Source: a virus
Length of the DNA: 64,000 nt
Virus record (IMG/VR): IMGVR_UViG_3300036819_000331
Coordinates: 1-64,000 of that record
Reading direction: 5' to 3' (one strand)
Shown: one piece after another, positions 29,003-39,511 of the stretch
Layout: every line of letters begins with the position of its first letter
How positions within the stretch are numbered: the stretch's first letter is position 1
Notes under the pieces: model-generated
Databases searched by the model: none
Told to the model about the DNA's origin: nothing
What the model saw: the letters and a program-made list of their open reading frames with translations, nothing else
Position numbers and translations under genes: made by a program

Positions 29003-29560
29003 TCACGACGCGCCTGCCAAGGCGAGAATTGCCGATACGGAATTATCGCGATGATCATCGAGCGAGTGCGGATAAGGGCTGTCGTCCTCATGTCGCCACC
29101 GGCAGTCAAAGGTGAGTTTCGGGAACATCTCGACCATCTTGTGCAGCAGGGGTATCGGGGCGTCCCAGGCAGTGTTGAAGGTGATTTCGGTATATCCATA
29201 CTCAACCGACGCGTCGTCGATATCGACGCTGCAGGCATTCCACTTCGTGCCCCAATTCTGGATAGACCAGCTATACCAGTCGCGGTGGCCAATGGCCGCC
29301 AGTTCGGCTTCTTCCTCGGCCGTGAAAAGCCGAGTCTGTTCGGGCGAATCCTTTTCCCACTCCTTGACGACGTACCAGGATTTAACCGCCACGCCGTTGA
29401 TGGTGGTGTGGCCGGAAGCGGTGTGTTTCAGGATCTCGGGCATCGGCGCGATGCGGTTGAAATCGAAGAGTTCGTCTTCCCACTTCACGGCTTTCAAGAA
29501 AGCCCTAATGTCGGCCCGCTCGCCTTCGATGTAGATGCGGTTTGATGTCCAGTTCGGCAT
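29003..29560 (-). CDS. YubB/DUF1281-like protein
   Basis: MPNWTSNRI...DWYSWSIQNWGTKWN...FNTAWDAP. Confidence 0.75.
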   Translation of the reverse strand: MPNWTSNRIYIEGERADIRAFLKAVKWEDELFDFNRIAPMPEILKHTASGHTTINGVAVKSWYVVKEWEKDSPEQTRLFTAEEEAELAAIGHRDWYSWSIQNWGTKWNACSVDIDDASVEYGYTEITFNTAWDAPIPLLHKMVEMFPKLTFDCRWRHEDDSPYPHSLDDHRDNSVSAILALAGAS

Positions 29561-29595
29561 ATGCACGCTCCTTCAGTTAGAGGTTGTTGGCGAGT

Positions 29596-29716
29596 GACAA
29601 AGGGCAGGGCGGCGCGCTGCCGCAACATGAGTTCGCGGGGACCCGGCTGCAGGAGCGAAGCGACGAAGCTGGGCGGAACGAATTTGCGGCGAGGGTGCGG
29701 CGTCCCTGCCAGTCAC
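29596..29716 (-). promoter_or_regulatory. Long nested stem-loop upstream of YubB-ParB
   Basis: Arms tgac/gtca, ggcaggg/ccctgcc, gccgcaa/ttgcggc, cccggct/agctggg; loop contains GAGCGAAGCGA. Confidence 0.5.
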
Positions 29717-29761
29717 GGAGAGCCAACAACGGAAGGGGGTTACGGAAAATGCGTGACTCGG

Positions 29762-30040
29762 CTAAATGCCGGGCTCCTGCCCATACTCCCGCTCGTACCA
29801 CTCCTCGAACTGGTCCGGCTTCTGTGCCTGATAACGACACACAGTCCAAAAGAGATATAGCCCCAAACCGGACAGGAATACCGAGCTTGGCCAGTTGCCT
29901 CCCCCGGAGACGAAGGATACGAAATCGAAGGACAAATCGATGACGGCCACAATCATGATGGCGAACCACAGGAATATGGCGACGTAAACCAGAGAATGCG
30001 TAAATCTGCGCTTCATCATCTCGGCTCGGCTCGGGTACAT
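29762..30040 (-). CDS. Small membrane protein (apparently leaderless moron)
   Basis: Two TM segments; TAGAAT 8 nt before ATG. Confidence 0.55.
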   Translation of the reverse strand: MYPSRAEMMKRRFTHSLVYVAIFLWFAIMIVAVIDLSFDFVSFVSGGGNWPSSVFLSGLGLYLFWTVCRYQAQKPDQFEEWYEREYGQEPGI

Positions 30041-30110
30041 TTCCGATCATTCTACGTCCAGTCGCTGGGAGATTTCCATCCACCCCTGCCGATAGGTATG
30101 CTGGGATACA

Positions 30111-30623
30111 GTGAGCCTGCTGGAAATAATCGTGGCGATTGCGACGAGCGTTGCTGGAACGATCATTTACGCTACGGTCGGTGGCGGATACCGGCGCTTG
30201 TTTGGCCAGCAAATCTACATTACTGAGCCGCAGGAAAACGGGTTTCTCGCCCCTGCCGAGTCCCGTCGGGGCACGTCTGCTCATGCGGTTTCCGGAACCC
30301 TGAAACATCTCCCCAAGGGCCACGCCGTATGGCTTATCGTCATCGACGAGAAAAAGGGAAAGCATTGGCCACAGGGGTTCGAGCGCGTGGAATATCACGA
30401 GGCGACAGGAACATGGAGTGGGTACATAACGGCGGACGGGTGGCACCAGGTGACCGTCACGGCGGTCGTGGCTCCTCCGACCACGCAGGAGTATTTCAAC
30501 TATTTTCAGCGCGTCGGGGGAATGACCAAGCACGAGCCGCTGCTGAGCATTCCGTCCGAATGCAAACGACGGCATAGCATTCATGTCAAGGTTCCTCCGA
30601 CTCAGCCGAAGCAGGGTTCCTAG
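30111..30623 (+). CDS. Membrane-anchored hypothetical protein (antisense moron)
   Basis: N-terminal TM segment; TATGCT 8 nt before GTG. Confidence 0.6.
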   Translation: MSLLEIIVAIATSVAGTIIYATVGGGYRRLFGQQIYITEPQENGFLAPAESRRGTSAHAVSGTLKHLPKGHAVWLIVIDEKKGKHWPQGFERVEYHEATGTWSGYITADGWHQVTVTAVVAPPTTQEYFNYFQRVGGMTKHEPLLSIPSECKRRHSIHVKVPPTQPKQGS

Positions 30624-30625
30624 CG

Positions 30626-30808
30626 TCATATAAGACCCCGTTCCTGCGCCAGCCATTCCGGCATCTGCATCACCTTCTCGCTCGCGCACCACTCCGCCTG
30701 CGACTTGGGAAGCCATGTGCTCTTGCTGCCATCGAAGAATTGGTATGCCTTCTCCGTTTCGTGGCGAAGTTCCCCGGCGATTTCGATGATGTCGTGATTC
30801 TTTTTCAT
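30626..30808 (-). CDS. Small phage protein
   Basis: HETEKAY..DG...WLPKSQ...MPEWLA.ERGLI pattern. Confidence 0.7.
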   Translation of the reverse strand: MKKNHDIIEIAGELRHETEKAYQFFDGSKSTWLPKSQAEWCASEKVMQMPEWLAQERGLI

Positions 30809-30861
30809 AGGTGAGCCTCAGATAGCGTAGTCGTGAAGTGCCCTGATAACCTTGAAGCCAT

Positions 30862-31392
30862 ATGGCAAGAATGAAGGTGACGGCCGTTACCGATGCGCAC
30901 GCATGCGCGTTTCTCGGATTCGCAAAGCAATATCAAAAGGCCGGTAACCTTTTGTTTGATCGGCACGACCAAATGCTGGGCAATCCGGCATACTTCCTGT
31001 ATGCGCATACGATTGAGCTCGCCTTGAAGGCTTTTCTCCGAGCCGCGGGCCTTCCCATTGTCACGGATAAGAAGAGGAAGAGTCATCATATAACGGGGTT
31101 GTATGAAGAATGCCATGCTCTCGGACTTAGAATTGGCCCCCAAGACCGTTTCGATATTCGCAACGTTATCGTATTGCTCGAAGGCGCAAATCAAGATCAG
31201 GGCCTTCGATACGCGCGGGGGAAAAGCGCCAGTTTTCCTGATCTGTCGTGGACTCGGGAGGCAGTCGAGAGTCTGCTGGGTGCGGTTGAGCCGAGCGTGA
31301 AGAAGAAGATGGAAAGTGATGGCATTGTCCCAGCCACCCCGGCGAGGTTCGATTTCGTCTTCAGTACGCCGACGAGGAAGACCAAAGCTTAA
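30862..31392 (+). CDS. HEPN-like protein (antisense moron)
   Basis: YFLYAHTIELALKAFL...HHITGLY...LRY. Confidence 0.6.
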   Translation: MARMKVTAVTDAHACAFLGFAKQYQKAGNLLFDRHDQMLGNPAYFLYAHTIELALKAFLRAAGLPIVTDKKRKSHHITGLYEECHALGLRIGPQDRFDIRNVIVLLEGANQDQGLRYARGKSASFPDLSWTREAVESLLGAVEPSVKKKMESDGIVPATPARFDFVFSTPTRKTKA

Positions 31393-31412
31393 GTGCGATG
31401 TCGCGAGGTTGC

Positions 31413-32088
31413 TCATGCCGTCAACTCCTTTCGCATTTGGCCCATGACTGTAGGGTGGCATGCAATATACGGTCTGCGCGTTAGCGGGTCAGTGATCATC
31501 AGCATCTCCCTCCATACCGGTCGGGCGCAGTCTCGCACTCTTTTCATAAGCTTCTTGATAAGCCGCTTTGAGCGATTGCGAGAAAGGGGAGGAAGCTCGA
31601 TGGCCATATAGTTCGGCTCCAAGTAAGGACTCGGATAAACCGGGATTCCGTTCGCTGGAGCGCGCCGGGAGTGATTCCGGGGCCGAAGGGCAGAGGATCG
31701 AGGAAGTTCATTCAGCAAGCCCTTTCCATTTGCGCCAGCGGTCAAGGAAATAAGCCTTCGCGCTCGCGGTGGGTATCTTCTCAAGGCAGGCTGTCGAGCG
31801 CAATTCGCGAAAAGCCTGAGTGATGTCATCCCAGAGTTGGCCGAACGGCGGCCATTGGCCGTCACAGGAGAGCCCGCGACGAATGTTATTGCAATCTAGG
31901 CATGTGTGGTACGAGTCCATCTCGCCTTCCCATTTTCCGGAGAAATAATGGTATTGCTGTCCTGGCAAAATGGGCCGGTGGCACTCATAGCATTTATGCT
32001 GCTTCCGTGCGCGGCGGATGGCCTCCGACTGAAATTCGTAGGCTCCGTCATAGTCCCCGCCACCTATGCAGACTCCGCACCCGGTCAT
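31413..32088 (-). other. Small phage early genes (31413-31607, 31708-32088)
   Basis: Second ORF has RARKQHKCYEC...CLDC zinc motif and an ATGA overlap. Confidence 0.6.
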
Positions 32089-32759
32089 GCCGCTTCCCCA
32101 CGCAACGCCTTCACCAGATACGGGTCCAACTCCGGCTGCCCCAACAGCCACCGCTTGTAATCGGCGGGAATATCCTTGATGGTCGCGCCCTTGTGCTTGC
32201 CGAACGTCATCACCGTGGGAATGCGCGCCAGCTCGCTCCGCATCCATATGCGCTCCCAGGTGAGCGGCCCGGCGGAATCCACCATCCGAGGAATCAGGTG
32301 GGACAGGATGATGTGGCAGTTGTAAACGTCCACATCGGCAGAATGCGCCCCTTTAAGCAATTCGCGGGCTTGCTGGCGGGCGACATGATAGAGAACCGCC
32401 GATTGCGAATAGCTGTCAAGCCCCGGAAAGAAATGCCGAGAGAGCGCCAGCACGCATATGCGCCGGATCTCCGGCTGGCCGATTACCTTCCAGTCGTAAT
32501 CGACGTTGTAGCCGACCAGATACTCTGTGCCCGGCGGTAACGCGAACTCGGTGTATGGCGGGCAGTCCGACAAGTCCTCGTCCATGATGTGATGGGTAGC
32601 CAGCGCCCCGAGGGATATCGGCTTACCAGGGTTATAGCGCTGGAGGAACGAGCCCTCCGGCCTCAGGGTATTCGGATCAGGGACCTTGATCCATGCGGCC
32701 TCGATGAGTCTCGGTTCGACTAATGAAGTTGCCTCCGTATCGAATAAAACTGCGGTCAT
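32085..32759 (-). CDS. DEDDh 3'-5' exonuclease (exonuclease X-like)
   Basis: FDTEAT, VGYNVDYD, AHSADVD, C-terminal MTFGKHKG..IKDIPADY. Confidence 0.85.
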   Translation of the reverse strand: MTAVLFDTEATSLVEPRLIEAAWIKVPDPNTLRPEGSFLQRYNPGKPISLGALATHHIMDEDLSDCPPYTEFALPPGTEYLVGYNVDYDWKVIGQPEIRRICVLALSRHFFPGLDSYSQSAVLYHVARQQARELLKGAHSADVDVYNCHIILSHLIPRMVDSAGPLTWERIWMRSELARIPTVMTFGKHKGATIKDIPADYKRWLLGQPELDPYLVKALRGEAA

Positions 32760-32803
32760 GTGCTGCTCTGCTGCTGGGGGTTTAAATTAGGGGGTTGGCG
32801 GGA

Positions 32804-33489
32804 TTACTGTGAAGGAGTATCCTCCAGTTTGGTCATCGGAGGCAATGGGGCTGGATACCACTTAACCGGCTTGAGAATGGCCGGTATCATCTTCCGGTAG
32901 TTCAAAATCATGTGCGCCGGTATGCCGCTGGCATCGTTGTTTCTATTGTCGAGGTCGGGCTCTACCCAGAAAATCGCGTAATCAGGTGCGTTTTCCATGC
33001 CCTGCCATTCCACCGTCTTTTCGCCAGCTTCCAACGCCACCTCAAGCATTAAAGCAATGCGACCACCGACCATCTCCAGCACCGGATGGAGGGCGATGAT
33101 CGCCATTTCCGCAGCTGGTAGAAAGTAGCGCGCCTTTTTCTTCCTCGCAAAGCCAGCATCATTTAAATCCTTGATGGCGTCCATCACATTACGACGCTTG
33201 TCAGAACTCTCCGTCATGCCGCCGTCTCCGGCTTCAGATCCTTCTTGTGAACCAGCATGTCCAGCCGTAGACGTTCCGGGTTCTTGAAGTCTGCCGGAAT
33301 ATGGCATGGCAACCGGGTTGTTACCCCGTCCCTATTGACGCAACGCTTGTGGAGAGCGAACAGAAACACCTCCTTGCCGGGACTTTTCTCGGCGAGTTGC
33401 TTCATATTCCACAATGCCGCATCAAACGTCGCGTGAATAACATCGGGCGTGCCGCCGCCTTCCACGAAAATCATGTAACCCTTGGCCAT
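32804..33489 (-). other. Two coupled hypothetical genes (32804-33217, 33214-33489)
   Basis: ATGA overlap and RBS AAGGAG. Confidence 0.55.
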
Positions 33490-33523
33490 AAATACTCCTT
33501 CGATGGTGGTTGATGGATTTCGA

Positions 33524-34603
33524 TTAAGCTGCCGCCCCGTCTTTCGAACCGCTAAAGAGCTTCTTGCCGGACGGCTTCTGCTCTTCAGGTGCCGGAAGTG
33601 AAATCCCCAGCGCCTCGATCTTCGTCACCTCCAGTGCCATTCCTTTCTCCCTCATGGCCTCGACCACCATGACCCCGGAAGAACCGAGGAACACGGCGGG
33701 GCGCTCCTCCGCCGGATACGCAGTGAGGACGGCGATCAGTTCCGCGGCTGCGGCCTTCACGCCAGCAGCGGTGGTGATGGTGTGTTTGGAGATATCGAAG
33801 GTGGGGAGCGGGGCGGGTTTCGGGTCGGTGGGCTTCACCTCGGGTGGGGAGGTGTCGCCGGCGGCCTGGTCGATGACCTCGCCGGTTTCGGCATCGAAGG
33901 TTTCATTGGGCGCCGCTTTCGGCTGCGGCTTCGACGCCCTGATCTGGTTGTTGATGTCGTCCAGCGCCGAGGCGGCCGAGGAATTCGTTACGTCCACGGC
34001 ATTGTCGGGTCCAATGCCGAAAGAGCGGTCCTCCATTTCCTCCTTCGTATAAACGCCCATCAGTATGTCCGGGCAGTAGAGCCGGGCCCATGCGCGCGTG
34101 GCGAAATACCCGAGCTGCTGCTTCGGCTGCTGCTTCCACAGCGGGGAATTGCGAGTGATGATAGGTTTTAACTCAGCTTCGAACACCGCAGGCTCGTCCT
34201 CGCCCACGAAGGTTGCGCTCACCTTGCATTTGAGGTTTTCGCCCTCGCCGCTCCATTCCAGCTTCGGCCGGGCCTTGAGCGGCGCGCGCGAAAGGATGAT
34301 GGCGTTCACCAGTTGCGCCTCATAAGCCATCCCGTCATTGACGAAATAGGTCTTCTGCGCCACTGAGAACGGATCCATCTCCCAGCGCATCGACTGCAGT
34401 AGGACCGCGAGGCAATCGGCCTGCTTCTGGCGGAGGTGCTTCGGGACGAAATTGGACAGCGCCATGAAGTGCGAGAACTTCTCGAGTTCCGCGAAATTGT
34501 TGAACGCTAGCTTCATCCCGCCAACATGCTCCACGGCGGCGAGCTGGACCTGCTGGAATTCCTTCTTGGGCATGGTTTCGTCGGTAACGGTGGGCGTATT
34601 CAT
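33524..34603 (-). CDS. recT: RecT-family ssDNA annealing protein
   Basis: VPKHLR..ADCLAV...MDPFSVAQKT..YEAQLVNA...SPLWK..PKQQLGY..RAWARLYCPDILMGVY. Confidence 0.85.
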   Translation of the reverse strand: MNTPTVTDETMPKKEFQQVQLAAVEHVGGMKLAFNNFAELEKFSHFMALSNFVPKHLRQKQADCLAVLLQSMRWEMDPFSVAQKTYFVNDGMAYEAQLVNAIILSRAPLKARPKLEWSGEGENLKCKVSATFVGEDEPAVFEAELKPIITRNSPLWKQQPKQQLGYFATRAWARLYCPDILMGVYTKEEMEDRSFGIGPDNAVDVTNSSAASALDDINNQIRASKPQPKAAPNETFDAETGEVIDQAAGDTSPPEVKPTDPKPAPLPTFDISKHTITTAAGVKAAAAELIAVLTAYPAEERPAVFLGSSGVMVVEAMREKGMALEVTKIEALGISLPAPEEQKPSGKKLFSGSKDGAAA

Positions 34604-34625
34604 GGCATTTCTCCTTTGTTGTTGG

Positions 34626-35477
34626 TTAAGAGGCGTTTAGCTGGCGCTGCGCCCAGACGGGCAGATTCAGCGGGACGAGCGAAATATCCGGATAGCCGGG
34701 ATATTCGTTGCTCTTCCTGCATTCGGCGTAGGTGGTAAGGTTCTTCAGGTATTCGATGCGACCCAGCTTGAGGAAGTCCGGCTGGGAGACATACACGCAG
34801 GCGCAGTACGGCGGTTCCTTCTCGACGGCGACGAAAGCGAAGCCCACGGGCTCGCGTCCGAACACCTGCCGATACGCCTCCATGTAGAAGGCGGCCTGCA
34901 CGTGATACCGGTGGTCGATGGCGAGCTTCTCGAAGATCTCGGGCTTGGCGCAGCGGGTCGATTTTAGATCCACAATCAGGCCGTCCTCGCGCAGCCAATC
35001 GAAGCGCGCGCGGCAGTCCATGCCGGTTTCGACATCGTTCCAAAGCGCCGTGACTTCTGCCCGTCCCTTATCCCGCTGCAGGATGAACCGCGCGGCCGCG
35101 TGGTCCTCGACGGATTTGGCCATCGCATTCGCCATTTCCATCTGATCTGCGCTGAGTATGGCCTTTCCGCGGTGGATGATGCGGAACTCCTCTTTCTGAT
35201 CCTCGATCGAGCGACCACACTCCTTTTTGGTCGGCCAGGAGTCGGGCAGTTTGACGATCTCCGTCTCGACCTTTTCCGGCTCCAGAATCATCGTATGAAA
35301 CGCGCTGCCGAACACGAGCGCAGGCGTTTCATCGGTCGGATTCTCCATGAACCATTTGAAATGTGCCGGGCTTTGGGCAATTCTGTCCAAGCCGCTCTTG
35401 CTGACAAACTGCTGTTTCATCTCCGTGGAGTGATACAGCTCGTTGGGCATGTCGTAGATAAGACGGGGGAGAATCAT
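34626..35477 (-). CDS. RecE-like PD-(D/E)xK exonuclease (DUF3799)
   Basis: SKSGLD...FGSAFH...CRARFD..IVDLKST...YHVQAAFY; adjacent to recT. Confidence 0.85.
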   Translation of the reverse strand: MILPRLIYDMPNELYHSTEMKQQFVSKSGLDRIAQSPAHFKWFMENPTDETPALVFGSAFHTMILEPEKVETEIVKLPDSWPTKKECGRSIEDQKEEFRIIHRGKAILSADQMEMANAMAKSVEDHAAARFILQRDKGRAEVTALWNDVETGMDCRARFDWLREDGLIVDLKSTRCAKPEIFEKLAIDHRYHVQAAFYMEAYRQVFGREPVGFAFVAVEKEPPYCACVYVSQPDFLKLGRIEYLKNLTTYAECRKSNEYPGYPDISLVPLNLPVWAQRQLNAS

Positions 35478-38143
35478 AGCAGGGGTTCCTGAGGGATGAG
35501 GGTGTTGTTTCCGCCTTCGTAGATTACTTTAAACATGGCCACGCGAATTACATTGGAACGGCCAGCGAGATCCCCCATGCGCGCGCGTGCGGCATCCAGA
35601 GTAAGAAGCGGGCCTTCCATGACAAGCGGCCCTTCTTCCTTCCACTCGGCCATGACGCCGTATTTTTTGGGTTCGTCGTTCATGGCGCTCTCCGACCAAA
35701 GATCCCGGTCAAATGCACAAGCCCCAGCCTCATCCGCAGGGCAAACCGCCTGCGCGCTAGCTTCGCGTCTATCGCGTCGAGCCGTTCCATCAGATCCGCA
35801 TCCGCGATGTCATCCCCGAGGATTTCGAGCTGCATCACCGCGCGTTCGAGCGATTGCAGAGCAATGGTCTTGCGCTGCTCCACCGTCACGTCATGACGCA
35901 GTGACACGACGCGCTCATGCCTGATCCGCTCGGCGCGCACCTCAGCGGCGCACTCGTCGAAGCCGGTCCAGAAATCGCTTAGCAAGTCCTTCATACCCCC
36001 TCCTCGCCCGCGAGGGCCTTGGCAAGATTACGGATTGCGCCGCGCATTGCAGGGGAAAGCCTTGCCAGAATACGGACGGTCTCAAGGCGCATGCGCTCGC
36101 TCATGTCGGTGGCGGGTTTTTCCGGCGCAGGAGCATCATCGGCGCAGGCTTCGTTAATGAGTTGCTGGCACGTCGTACCGAGTTCCGAAGCAATCTTTAC
36201 GAGGGTTTCCACGGATATCCTGTTGATTCCCCTTTCGTATTTCTGCTGTTGCTGAAATGTCACACCCAGCTTGTCGCCAACGGCCTGCTGCGAGAGGCCA
36301 GCCGCGACACGTCGCGCGCGCACGGCAGCACCGAGCCGTTTATTGAAGGGGGTGGGGTCGGAAGTGGTCATAGTCATTCTCCATGGCTGTCGGGTTGGCG
36401 GGATTCGTAGTCGATGGGCTTTATGCAATCGTCGAGCTTTGCGCCTTCTACGAGCGGGGCCACGATCTTCATGCGCCTAGGCTTGCTCGCCATGTAGCGT
36501 TCACCGGTGCTGACGATCTCGCGCTGCTCCCACTCGCGCCAGCAATCGGGGCAACGACCGTTCTCATCGAGCGGAGCATGGGGGCACATCGGGCATGTGG
36601 CGGGTTCCGTCATATGCTCTTCCCTCCAGACTTGACCACCAGCACCGCAACCGCTGGCATAGCCACGAGGAAGCTGATGGTTGCTCCCGCGAGGAATGCA
36701 ATGGCGTGGTCGGCGCGGGCGGGATCTTTGTGGTCGGGCATCATGGCTTGCGCCTCCGTAATCCCAGAATTCGTAGAATCCATCCCGCATAGACCAGTGG
36801 CCAAAGGAACAGGATTCCGATCAACGTTTCTGCATCCTCTATCTGGGCCGGGACTGCGCGTGCAGCCGCCGACATAGTAGCCAGAGAGCCGCAGGCCCAC
36901 AGCAGAATAATCAGTGAAATGCTCATACCCGCTGCGCCCCCTTACACTGATTTCTCCACCAGGCCGCGAACCCCCCGACATAAACCACCGCGGTCCACCA
37001 TGGCGATATGCCGATCTGATTGCAGAGCTTCGTCATCTCAATGAAGATGGCGAACGCGAGGGCGATGGAGCCGTTCACGAGGGCGAGGATTTTCATTGCA
37101 TCGCGGATCATGATTGCCCCCAACCCAAAGCCAAGCCAATAAACACGAACGCGGCGATGCCCGTGAAGAGAGCCGCGGTCCCGAGAAGGCCCTGCGCCAG
37201 CTCGCGCCACGAAGGCGGCTCGGATAGGTCGAGTAAATATTGGATGGCGTTACGCATAAGGCTTCTCCTCTTCAAAGTCGGTGTGCTCCAAGTCATCGAA
37301 GGGCATAAGCGCCCGTTCCCCGTTACCGCACCAGTTGCACGGTCCTGAGCAGGTGCCGGTGACGTTCCCGGGCCACGGCGTCCCGGCGTCGGCGCTGCAT
37401 TCGCGGCAAATATCAGCCAGCATGGGCGGCCTCCTTCTCGGCAATTTGAAACGTCATCCCGATCCGGTTGATGTGGGCAACGATGCGCTGAGCGCCTTCA
37501 CCGGAAAGCACCGACGGCATTCCTTCGGTCCGCAGCGCGCGCTCCAGGCCGGTGAGGAATCCCCGCTGGAACTTCGGGTCTTTGAAATCCTCGGTCATCT
37601 GCCCAATCAGCCGCGTCATGTCGCCGCCGACCTGGATCTCCAGCAGCGCGTCATGCAGGGCCTCGACGATGCGCAGCAGTTTTGCGGTTTCGAGGCTCAT
37701 GCGGCGGCTCCCCTGATGAAGGTTGCGGCGATTCGGCGGATTTCGCACCAGTCGTGGCCGGGGTCGGTCTTTTCGCCGAGCTTGATGTAAGGTTCGAGAC
37801 CCGCAGGCTCGACGCCTTTATCGGACATGACCATGAAAAAACAGGACACGTCATGGGACGCGGTGGTGGCGCCGCTCGTGAATTCCGCGCGGTACGTTTC
37901 TTTGGTGGACCGGATGCGTTTGAGGTATTTCATGCGTCAGGCCCTCCCTTCCGGTGGGGTGAAGCTGCTCCATTCGCGATGCCCGGCGATGGCCTTGCCG
38001 TCCACTCCCGCGCGCGCAGCTACGCGGGCGAGGCTTTCCATGATTTCCGGGGTTTCATCGGCGAGGCTGTGCGTGTGCTCCTGCAGGGCGTGATGCGAGG
38101 GGCGGTTTAGCCAGGCGTGGAGGAGATGGGTGAGGGACTGCAT
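35474..38143 (-). other. Cluster of small coupled phage early genes, several membrane or Cys-rich
   Basis: Repeated ATGA overlaps (35474, 35680, 35991, 36374, 36610, 36923, 37108, 37697). Confidence 0.6.
35991..36377 (-). CDS. XRE-family HTH regulator
   Basis: GLSQQAVGDKLGVTFQQQQKYERGINRIS. Confidence 0.85.
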   Translation of the reverse strand: MTMTTSDPTPFNKRLGAAVRARRVAAGLSQQAVGDKLGVTFQQQQKYERGINRISVETLVKIASELGTTCQQLINEACADDAPAPEKPATDMSERMRLETVRILARLSPAMRGAIRNLAKALAGEEGV

Positions 38144-38161
38144 GGGAACTGCTCCTGCGGG

Positions 38162-39511
38162 TTAATACTGGATGCGGATGTGGGGGATCTCGCCTTTGGC
38201 GATGGCCTCGACAATACGTCGGGCGAGCGCCTCTTCGGCAACTTCGGCAAACTCATCTTCGCCGCTGACGATTACGGCTCTCAGGAGGCCGTCAACGACC
38301 TCTCCGTTGATCTTTGCGCGGTGTTTCTCGTTAGCCTCGCGTTTGGCTGCGGCTTCAGCCTCCGCCCGCTTTTCAGCCGCAATCCGGTCGCGTTCGCGCT
38401 TCGCCGCGGCTTCCTCGGCTGCTTTCTGGGCAGTTGCCGCCTTCTCCGCCGCGATTCGCGCGTTCTCTTTGGCCTCTGCCTGCGCCGCAACCCGGTCTTT
38501 CTCTGCCTGCGCAGCCCGTGCTTCAGCCTCTTCCTTCTCACGCTTCGCCTTGGCCTCGCGCGCCGCGCCTTCATCGGCCTCGCGTTTTGCCTTGGCTTCG
38601 GCGGCATCCTTCTCGCGCTGAAGGCGCTGACGTTCTGCTTCAGCCTTGGCCTTTTCCGCGGCCACGCGGGCGGCTTCGTTTTCTGCGGCCTTTCGCGCTT
38701 CTTCCTCAGCCAGGAAGCGAGCCTGTTCCGCGGCAGCCCGGGCAATCTTTTCCTCGTGCTCGCGCTGCTTGCGTTCCTCTTCCTCTTTCCGGAGGCGGGC
38801 AAGCTCGGCCTGCTCGGCATCGTCCTTCTGGCGTTTGACGACGGCTGCGGCTATGCTGTCGGTGGCCTGCTCAAGCACCAGCTTTGCTTTGGCGGAAAAC
38901 TCTTGCCAGTCAGTCTTGTCCTCCAACATCTCCCGGAGCCGCCGGTTTATCTGCTCGATGGGAGCAGTCTGCCAGTGGACGGCTACATCCGCGACATATT
39001 GGGCAATCTGAGCGAGGCGAGCCTCATGGGCCGCGACGCGGTCCTTTTCCCGGTTTTCCCAGTCGGTCAGGGGTTGCCGGATTTCCTTCTGCAGGGCCTC
39101 CAGCCGCTCCCATGCGCGGGCACGCTCAAGGTCAACCTTCTTCGCCTGGTCTTTCCAACCGGCAACGAGGTCCTTCCCTGCCTTGTCGAGGGCGGTCTTG
39201 GATTTCGCGATCTTATAGGCAAGCGAGGCAAGATCATCGCGGCCCTTGGCCGTGGAAATATCGACGGCGATGGAGCGGGTTTCCTTCTCTATGCGGTCGA
39301 GAATGGGGTCGAGGCCGTTGGCCGTGAAGATCTGTACGGGGTTGATGGCCTTCGATACGACCAGTTCGAGGCCGCTCAGGGCGTGAGCCCGCGCTTCGGA
39401 CCTGTCCTCGGCTTCTGCCATGGCGCGAGACTCTGCGCCCTCGCGTGAGCGGCCTGCGCTTTCGATTGCGTCCATCGTGGCATCGTCGGAAGAGTGAGCA
39501 AGCTTAGACAT
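38162..39511 (-). CDS. Phage coiled-coil (TolA-like, Ala/Glu/Arg-rich) protein
   Basis: DISTAKGRDDLASLAYKIAKSKTALDKAGKDL...IAKGEIPHIRIQY. Confidence 0.75.
   Translation of the reverse strand: MSKLAHSSDDATMDAIESAGRSREGAESRAMAEAEDRSEARAHALSGLELVVSKAINPVQIFTANGLDPILDRIEKETRSIAVDISTAKGRDDLASLAYKIAKSKTALDKAGKDLVAGWKDQAKKVDLERARAWERLEALQKEIRQPLTDWENREKDRVAAHEARLAQIAQYVADVAVHWQTAPIEQINRRLREMLEDKTDWQEFSAKAKLVLEQATDSIAAAVVKRQKDDAEQAELARLRKEEEERKQREHEEKIARAAAEQARFLAEEEARKAAENEAARVAAEKAKAEAERQRLQREKDAAEAKAKREADEGAAREAKAKREKEEAEARAAQAEKDRVAAQAEAKENARIAAEKAATAQKAAEEAAAKRERDRIAAEKRAEAEAAAKREANEKHRAKINGEVVDGLLRAVIVSGEDEFAEVAEEALARRIVEAIAKGEIPHIRIQY

Noticed and set aside
38117-39448. 443-aa plus-strand ORF and other overlapping frames
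   Set aside because: Shadows of a low-complexity coiled-coil gene
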